DNA of 64,000 bases. It comes from Octopus vulgaris. Taxonomy: Eukaryota. Positions 55,558-64,000 of the stretch are shown piece by piece (the stretch's first letter is position 1; every line of letters begins with the position of its first letter). The position numbers and the translations under genes are program-made. The stretch lies in assembly GCA_951406725.2 (NCBI GenBank), contig OX597817.1, positions 94,736,001 to 94,800,000 of the forward strand. The letters run 5' to 3'. The notes beneath the pieces are model-generated. The model was not told where the DNA came from. It searched no databases and worked only from the letters and a program-made list of their open reading frames with translations.

Positions 55558-56129
55558 TAGTTTTATTTTTATATCGTGCTTTCACTTCACTACCGAGCGC
55601 AGCTCTGTGTGCCTTGGGTATGTGCTGTAATTTGTTGTGATGCTCTGATGGTTATTGTATGGAAAGTGTTCTGCGTAGGATGTGTGCAGTGCCTAGTAGT
55701 GCAATTTTCTGTATGTTATATGTGTTTGTAAGTCCTGGTGTTTTTTTCTAGTTACCTCTATTTCCAGGTCTTTGTATTTTGAGAGTTTCTCCATTTCTTT
55801 TAGAGACACGTTGTCATCTGCCGGTATTGATACATCAATTAGAAAGCATTTTTTTCTTCATGATCTCTGACAACTATATCTGGTCTGTTGGCCTTAATTT
55901 CTCTATCTGTGTGTATCGGCATATCCCAGAGTATGGTTGCTTTCTCGTTTTCTGTGACCTTTTCTGGTGTGTGCCTATACCATCTTTTTTCTGCTGTTAT
56001 TCCATAATGTTGGCATAGCTTCCAATGTATGTAGGTTCCAACTCTGTCATGTCTGTGAATATATTCCTTCTTAGCCAGGACTGGGCAGCTAGAGATAATA
56101 TGATTTATTGTTTCTTGTCCATCTCCACA

Positions 56130-56130
<1 letters not shown>
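55555..56130 (-). mobile_element. Short 5'-truncated R4/Dong copy in (TAA)n
   Basis: Near-identical to 56209-56865 except for an internal deletion; (TTA)n on both sides. Confidence 0.92.
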
Positions 56131-56186
<56 letters not shown>

Positions 56187-56208
56187 CATTATTATTATTA
56201 TTATTATT

Positions 56209-59118
56209 CAGTAGTTTTATTTTTATAGCGTGCTTTCACTTCACTACCGTGCGCAGCACTGTGTGCCTTAGGTATGTACTGTGATTTGTTGTGATGCTCT
56301 GATGGTTATTGTATGGAAAGTGTTCTGCGTAGGATGTGTGCGGTGCCTAGTAGTGCAATTTTCTGTGTGTTATATGTGTTTGTAAGTCCTAATGTTTTTG
56401 TTATATATTTGTCTGAATATTTTTTTATCATGCTTAATGCACCTACTATGATAGGAATTGTTTCTGTTTTTAGATTCCACATTCTGGTTACCTCTATTTC
56501 CAGGTCTTTGTATTTTGAGAGTTTCTCCATTTCTTTTAGAAACACGTTATCATCTGCCGGTATTGATACATCAATTAGAAAGCATTTTTTTCTTCATGAT
56601 CTCTGACAACTATATCTGGTCTGTTGGCCTTAATTTCTCTATCTGTGTGTATCGGCATATCCCAGAGTACGGTTGCTTTCTCGTTTTCTGTGACCTTTTC
56701 TGGTGTGTGCCTATACCATCTTTTTTCTGTTATTCCATAATGTTGGCATAGCTTCCAATGTATGTAGGTTCCAACTCTGTCATGTCTGTGAATATATTCC
56801 TTCTTAGCCAGGACTGGGCAGCCAGAGATAATATGATTTATTGTTTCTTGTCCATCTCCACATATTCTGCAGTTACTTGTTATATTTCTTTTCATTACAT
56901 GTTTTTGGTAATTTCTGGTGGGGAGGCTTTGATCTTGTGCTGCAATTAAAAATCCCTCTGTCTCTGCTTTGAGTCCTGAGCTTCTTAACCATTGCTGGGA
57001 TTTTTCTTTGTCTATTTCTTTTGCGTTTAGTTTAGTCCAGTATTTACCATGAAGGGGCTTTTCTTGCCATCGTTTTATCATGGTTCGTTGCTGTTCTATT
57101 TTTAGTTTGGATTTCATTTGTTTTATAGCTTTTGTTGTTTCTTCATCTTCTTCTTCTTCTTCTTCATATTTATTAGGTGGTATGATTTATTGTTTGTATT
57201 TGTCAGTTTCCTTAAATACTGAGAACAGTTTTTTGTTTTGCTCGTGTTTTGCCGCTATTTGTATCAGTTTTCCTTCCTTCTGAAGTAGATATTTTTGCAG
57301 TCCTCTGGTGGTTATTTTATAGTAGTTTTCCAGCTTATAAGGCCTCTACCACCTTCTATACGTTGAATATATAGTCTTTTATGTCACATTTTGGGTGATG
57401 CATCCTAGATCCTGTCATTATTTTTCTTGTTTTTCTATCTATTTTGGTCAGTTCATTTAGTGTCCAGTTAAGGATATTGTAGCTATAACTTATAACTGGG
57501 ACAGCTAAAGTGTTAATACCTATTATCTTGTTTTTAGCATTCAGCTCTGTTTTTAGTATTGATCTAACTCGTCTATAATATTCTTTTTTTATTTTCTCTT
57601 TCATTTGTGTGTGTTGTGTCTTATCTAGTTCATGGATTCCTAAGTATTTGTAAGTTTGACTTTGGTCTAATTCTTTTATTTCATTGGTTTTATCTAGTGT
57701 GATGTTGCTACTCTTAACTAGTTTTCCTCTTTTCATGGTTACTTTGGCGCATTTTTCTAATCCAAATTTCACATCTATTTCTTTGGTAAATCCATGAACT
57801 GTCTTTAATAGTGTTTCCAGCTGTTTGTCATTTGCAGCGTATAGTTTTAGATCATCCATATATAAAAGGTGACTGATCGTTTTGCCGTAACATTTATATC
57901 CGCATCCAGTTCTATTTAGCATAAGAGATAGAGGTTACAGTGCCAAGCAGAAAAGGAGTGGAGAGAGCGTGTCTCCCTGGAATATTCCTCTTCTAATGGG
58001 GATGGCTTTGGTTTTCATGAGTCCCTCTTTTGTTTGGAGCTGTAGCACTGTTTGCCATTTATTCATAGAGTGCCCTATGAATTTTATAATTGTTGATGCT
58101 ACTTTGTTAATGGCTAGTGTTTCGAGGATCCATGTGTGGGGGATGCTATCAAACGCCTTTTTGTAGTCGATCTAGGCCATACTGAAGCCTTTCTTCTTTC
58201 TGTGGCTGTCTTCAGTTATGGCTTTATTAATCATTAGTTGATCTTTACAGCCATATGAGCCTTTGCGGCATCCTTTCTGCTCTTCTGGGAACAGGTTGTT
58301 TTCGTCCAGGTGCTTGTTCAGCCTTTGCGATATCACTGCAGTAAATGCCTTGTACATTGTAGGGAGACAGGTTATTGGTCTGTAGTTTTCTGGTTTTGCT
58401 GTCTCATTGGATTTGGGAATTAAGATGGTTTTCCCCTTCGTGAGCCATTCAGGCATTGTCTCTGGCTCTGCTAGTATGTTGTTAAAGTTTTCAGCTAGCT
58501 TTTTGTGCATTCCTGTTAGATATTTCAAGTTGGGGATCTTGTCATGCCCAGGTGCCTTCCAGTTGCTTAGTCTTTGCAGTGCCTGGGTGACCTCTTCAGT
58601 TGTTATGGGGATCCAAAGTTGCTCAGATGCTGAGTTTGTTGTTTTAATACTCCTTTTTTTTTTTTGGTTGTTCGTTCGCCGACCATATTTCTCTCCAGAA
58701 TTCTTCCACTTCTTCTGCCGTTGGTGCTGCAGTGATTTCTATTTTATTTTTGCCAAGTTCTTGGTAGAACTTTTTGGGGTTGGAGTTGAACTTTTTGTTT
58801 TGTTCAAAGAAGCGCTGGCGTTTCTCGTACCGGCGGATCCTTTGTGCTTTGGCAAGGATATCTTGCTTCAGCTTTTCTTTTATCTCAGGTAAATCTTTTT
58901 CTGTGATGGTATATTTGCGGAGTATTTTTGGGTTCTTTTTGTTGCTCAGTAGCGTTGATTGTCTACTGATTTCATTAAGAATCGACAGATCTTTTCTCAT
59001 TTTTTGTATTTTGTTTTGGATGTTATTTATCCACATATTTGGGTGGTGGTACTCCTGTTTGGATGGGTTTGAGTGAGTATCCAGTTTCTTTTGTGGCTGC
59101 AGTGGCTGCTGCGTATAC
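56209..59118 (-). mobile_element. R4/Dong-clade non-LTR retrotransposon (RT + CCHC + restriction-like endonuclease), 5'-truncated and frameshifted, in (TAA)n
   Basis: KAPGHDKI, YRPITCLPTMYK, DYKKAFDSIPH, RGIFQGDTLSPLLF, LLYMDDLKLY, YKYLG, CRICG..ETINHIISGC, RHD, NRPDIVV..IDVSIP, KYKDL; (ATT)n at both ends. Confidence 0.93.
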
Positions 59119-59224
<106 letters not shown>

Positions 59225-59777
59225 CATTGCTGTTGTTATCAAGGTAGGCACACTGAGAGCCACAAATGTACAAGCAAGGAGCTTCAGTCAACTATATAGA
59301 ATTAATTGCACCACTATTTTCGATACGCAGGATTTGAACACAGTATATAAAGGCATGCAAGTAAATAGTATTAGGGCGTTTCTTTGAACATTATAGCGCT
59401 TCTTCCACTCTTTATCATCTCAGGTTAATGATTAATTACAAATTTAATCTTATCTACACTGACCAGCCACTGCTCTACCAATTCTACTCACTATTATGTC
59501 ACCAAGAAATTTTAGCCACCTCAACCGATTCAATTCAACCTCTCTTTTCGGTGATTAATTACAAATCTAATCTTCACGTCACTAGTCTGCCAATTCTGTT
59601 CAGTATTATTTAACCAAAACTAATCGTATTCTGTTAAGTAAAGGATGTAAAGAGAACCCATTTAAACCGAAGTAAAATTATTAATCAGTCACCAGAGAGT
59701 AGAATGTAGGCAAGAAGAGGAAATTGGCAGAATGAAATAGACATTTAACTAGTAAGTGGTAACAATAAAGTTGGCAC

Positions 59778-59818
<41 letters not shown>

Positions 59819-60989
59819 GCGCGCAGATTATATATACACTTTTTTCGCGCACTTTCTGTCTTTCCCTTGCTTTCTCTCCATCTCTCGCACATTGGCACAC
59901 AGACCCACATACTTTCGCCTTCTTTCTTACACATCCAAACGCACACTCACACACACACACAAACACACACGCACACACACCACACACACACATACAACAC
60001 GCACCCACATACACACATTCTCTTTCTCTCAGTGACAAACTTCTACAGTCTTCAATAAGGTCTAACTATTAAATTAGATTAACCGACTTCCGTTGCTTCT
60101 CTCCCAAGTCCTGAGGAAATTAGGACGACATATGGTTGAATGAAGAAATACTTGCTGCTTCGCTGAAATATTCAATGACTTGTAGGCAAGAATTACAATT
60201 CTTGCTTTTACAGTTTCCTCAGCTGCAATTTTCATTTTTCGCTTTCGTCATTATCACAAATTTTCAATATCATAAACTCGTACTTGAATTATATATTCTT
60301 CTTGCCCTAAGCAGATGACTACATTTTCACAGAAAATAACTACAGAATCTTAAATACATTTATATTTATATTTAATCTTTCATATTATTCAATATTACTA
60401 TGCAGATGACGTACTATTAGTGGTTGACAATATGATATATAGAATAAAACATATCGGTCATATGTTGCTGAATATTATTGTATAGACGAGAGAATATTCA
60501 TAAAAGCCGAGGGATACAGAATCAAGTATGGCCTACAATGATAGTGCACTATATACGGACGCAATGTTACCGAATAGTTAAGAAGTTCGCTTCACAGTTA
60601 CGAGGTCCCCGGGTTCCATCCCAATGCGTCATCTTCGGAAAGTAGCTTTTTCTATTGAACTAAGTTGACCTAAGATGAAATTGGGTAAAAGGAAATTGTG
60701 AAGAAATTCGTTGGATGGAATGTAACTTTTATTGAAAGGTACAGCCCTGTCACACACTGTATCACGATGATTCTGTCAGAGAATCACGTTAATGGTACCT
60801 GTGTCTCTAGAATACTCAACAACTTCAACACTAATTCATTGAGCAGGTAATTCAGACCCAAATCTACTATACAAACTGCTATGAGGTATTTGTGTATTTT
60901 TCTGTTCTAAATTCTAATTATGTGTGTGTGGATTTTGTCTTTCAACTCTCCAGGATCTAAATCATTTGAACAAACTCTGGGACTCGTCC

Positions 60990-62177
60990 CTCAATGTTCT
61001 ATAACACACTGCCAAGGTAACCCATGGGACAACTACACGTCGCACTACCGACTGGTTTTATGAATTGGCCGAGGTCATACAACTTCTCGTCTCCAAGAAG
61101 AACAAGTTGCACGATGCTGTTCTAGAAAATCCCATCACTGCAACCCTGCGCCAAAACGGAAGGATGTTTGTGACACTGCACAACATGTCATCAGGAATGC
61201 ACAAAACAATTAGTGGCTTCGAAAAACGCTAGAAATTAAAAGTTTTGCAGACGAGAACAACACCTATGAATTCTACGACTCGGTTAAGAGGACCTTCGGT
61301 TCATACAGAAAGGTGACTGCTCCGGTGAAATCATACAATGGCACCTTACTGAAAGAGAAAACTGCGATACTTCAACTCCACGAACCCAAGACACTTGAAA
61401 AGGTTCTAGATCTTCCTATCCTGATTGAGTTTGACAAGTCTCCACCACTTAAAGTATGGTGAACTCCACCTCACGTCCCATCTCCACTCTTTGCTTCTTC
61501 TCTGTTGGCAGAAGACTATACCTGATATCCAGTATTCTCACAATCTAAAAGTGCAAGGGAGACCGTGCACAGTAAAGCAACAGCAGGGTAATCTTTCTAC
61601 TGGAAGATGCGGGCAAGATCCTCTCACGAATTCTCCTCCGTTGTCTTCTACTTTTTGTTGCCTTCTACTTCTTGTTGTCAACATGGTTATGGGTGAGTCG
61701 AAATGTGGATTTCGACCAGAAAGAAACACTTCTGACATGATGTTTGTGGACTGTCTTCTTGAAAAGTGTTGTTAACATCAGAGAGATATATGTTACGCCT
61801 TCATCGGTCTAACAAAGGCGTTTGATACAGTCATCCTTCCTATGTTGTAGCGCCTACTTCAGAAGTTTGGCTGTCCGCCAACATTTCTCTCAATCGTCCA
61901 GAAGTTTCATAACTGTGTGAAAGTGAGAGTGACAACTGGCGGAGGAAGCCTCAGAGCCCTTTGATGTCCAAATGGAGGTAAAACAAGGATGCTTCTTTGC
62001 CCCTGTGTTGTTTAACATTCACCTGGTAGCTATAACTCTTCTTTGCACCGAAGAAGACGGTATTTGTATCAGGTACCGATATAATGGCAGCAATGTCTGC
62101 TTCCATGAGAAGCAATGTGCTGAAGGCGGAGGAGGAAGAATGTCCTAGACTGATGCTGTCATCAACTTTGACGGACC
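60990..62177 (+). pseudogene. Decayed RTE-clade LINE RT region
   Basis: ESKCGFRPERNTSDMMF, AFIGLTKAFDTV, LQKFGCPPTFLSIV, VKQGCFFAPVLFNI; interrupted by the gypsy LTR; left boundary approximate. Confidence 0.8.
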
Positions 62178-62458
62178 TGTGGTGTGTGCTAGAGATTCGA
62201 ATATAAAGGCACCTACCTTCTCTTCGCTCCGATGGAGACCCTTCAGTGGTAACGGATCCTTAGACACAGCCCGACCCGAACGCTAAAGATAGCAGCTGCT
62301 TCACCCAACCTTAGCAACGTGTTCACCCGTCTTAACACGCCGACGACCCTCGTTCGAAAAGGCTGAAATCCCCGCTCGCTGCGCGCACGTTCTGGCTTCC
62401 CCCTTCCGGTCAGCCCCAACTTCCGGTCAGCTCACCCAGCTGCTAACGTCATCCCACA
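62178..62458 (-). repeat. 3' LTR of the Ty3/gypsy element
   Basis: TGTGG...CCACA termini; directly follows the pol stop codon and a short purine-rich stretch (atcagggtggcg) on the minus strand. Confidence 0.75.
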
Positions 62459-62471
62459 CGCCACCCTGATC

Positions 62472-64000
62472 TTAAAGATCACAGTCTCTCCGCTCTATGT
62501 CGTAGTCCACCATCCAACCGGGAGGGCGCCTTGCACGTCGAGATCTTCTCAAGCTGGGCACCTCGTTCTCCCCTTCTCCAGAATCGTCGTCCGTCGAAGC
62601 GACGATCCTGCGAAGGTCCAAGACGTGTCGCGGGATTCCATCCACAGAGATGTTGTTTCTGGAATTGACCGCCGGCACCGTTCCTCTGCTCCATTGAGAC
62701 GTACAGCGCGCCTTTGGTGGATTAACCCAGACTTCCTCCCCTATTTTCACGCAAACGGGTCCCTTCTCTTCCTCGTGGACCTCCGGCGCTTTGCTCGGGT
62801 ACCTCCATTCATATTTAAATACAGCTCTTTGCGGCACAGATTCCTCAGCTTGTCCGGATCGGGGAGACAAGTTGTACCAAAAAACTGCTTCAAGCGGCGA
62901 AATGTGCCCTCTTTCCGCTATGGCCTTGACTGTCCGATGGTGCCTCTCCCCGATCCCGTTACCGCTCGGCCTATACGCTGCTCTGTACAAGCGACGCACC
63001 TTCCACCGATCAAGCATAACCCTCAATGCTTCCGAACAAAACGCCGCCCCGTTGTCCATCAGTAGTTCTTCCACGGGACCTCTCTCTAAAAATATCCCGT
63101 TCAGGATCTGCGCGATCTCGTCAGCATTGCCCGTTCTCAACTCCCTCCAAATGGCCAGCCGGCCTGGCCCGCAGTCGATCATGGAGAGGTACATTCCCTG
63201 ACGGTAGTGTGTCACATCCACAGCTACCCTTTTCCAGTGCTGTTCCACCGAAAGGCTTCCCTGTTCATGCCCACACTGAGCAGGGTCGATGGACTGACAC
63301 CTGTCGCAGCTCCCGACCACCTTCCGGATGCTTCTCCTAGTGATGTCAGCATCAATTTTCTTCGCCAGATACAGGGTCCTGTCCACACCCAGGTGATGCA
63401 TAGCATGCAGTCTCTTCAGTTCAGAGTCATCCAACCGACACGCCGCAGCTATCCCTTTCGGGGCCTCCTCCGGTTCTTCCAACCACGCTCTTTTCACCCT
63501 GGTCAGTGCGTCTGCCCTGTTTTTCTCCGAAGGCACGAAAACCACATTCAGCTTCAGTCCGAACTCGGCGATCAATTCACCTAGAACTCCTAGACGGCGC
63601 TTCACTAACATCTCCGCGGCACCTTTCGTCCGCACTCTCCTTTCACCGGTGATCACCGATCCTACCCAGCCAAGCACAGTGGCCGAATCCGTCCGAATTT
63701 CAATTGTGCGCAGCCCCCATTTCAGGGCCAAGTTAACCCCTTTCAGCACCGCGTCTAATTCGGCGACATTGATGTGGTTTAAGTCATCTGCTTTCCGAAG
63801 CCAGGCCGCGTCCTCCACCGCAGCACCTTCGATTACCAACACAACCCCTATCGCTATACTGCTAGCATCACACCAGACGGTCCCGCATTCCGTCTTGGGC
63901 ACGTACCAGTTCCCCCTGACCGGGTCTTCCGTTCTCGTCCTCTCTAGGATTTCCTGCATCATCGCCACCGTCCCTTCTCCCACCTTGTCGCCCCAACTCT
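62472..64000 (-). CDS. Ty3/gypsy pol, C-terminal part: RNase H + integrase (frame continues beyond the window)
   Basis: CDASSIAIG, HINVAELDAV, RTDS, NRADALTR (RNase H); H..HHLG..CDRC (zinc finger); AVDVT, MDNG, NGIGERHHRTVK (DDE); RH-IN order; no stops. Confidence 0.93.
   Translation of the reverse strand, partial: SWGDKVGEGTVAMMQEILERTRTEDPVRGNWYVPKTECGTVWCDASSIAIGVVLVIEGAAVEDAAWLRKADDLNHINVAELDAVLKGVNLALKWGLRTIEIRTDSATVLGWVGSVITGERRVRTKGAAEMLVKRRLGVLGELIAEFGLKLNVVFVPSEKNRADALTRVKRAWLEEPEEAPKGIAAACRLDDSELKRLHAMHHLGVDRTLYLAKKIDADITRRSIRKVVGSCDRCQSIDPAQCGHEQGSLSVEQHWKRVAVDVTHYRQGMYLSMIDCGPGRLAIWRELRTGNADEIAQILNGIFLERGPVEELLMDNGAAFCSEALRVMLDRWKVRRLYRAAYRPSGNGIGERHHRTVKAIAERGHISPLEAVFWYNLSPRSGQAEESVPQRAVFKYEWRYPSKAPEVHEEEKGPVCVKIGEEVWVNPPKARCTSQWSRGTVPAVNSRNNISVDGIPRHVLDLRRIVASTDDDSGEGENEVPSLRRSRRARRPPGWMVDYDIERRDCDL

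Noticed and set aside
62479-63584. Overlapping alternative-frame and antisense ORFs
   Set aside because: Shadows of the GC-rich gypsy pol frame

Overview
Eukaryotic, very AT- and microsatellite-rich DNA with no host protein-coding gene I can support. Most short ORFs in the track are translations of (TA)n, (CA)n, (TATG)n, (TAGA)n and (TAA)n. The tRNA-headed SINE repertoire suggests a coleoid cephalopod, probably Octopus (inference from recalled repeat families, not a search). The window is a mosaic of transposons: one near-intact Penelope-like element (RT + GIY-YIG, 740-codon open frame, ~204-bp inverted pLTRs) and several decayed PLEs; R4/Dong-type retrotransposons in (TAA)n tracts; the 3' part of a Ty3/gypsy element with its LTR; RTE fragments; three Tc1/mariner families; a piggyBac; non-autonomous Helitrons; and many SINEs. 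About 6.1 kb is duplicated across a 100-N gap, probably an assembly artefact. Two signals stand out. (1) Eight distinct type I hammerhead-ribozyme-like motifs (nine with the duplicate), plus one decayed motif. They have palindromic helix III and natural core variants (CUGANGA, UUGAUGA, UUGAAAA, CCGAUGA). (2) A 2.27-kb ORF1-only (zinc-knuckle, no RT) HAL1-like retroelement with a 6-bp TSD, inserted between the A and B boxes of a tRNA-derived SINE.
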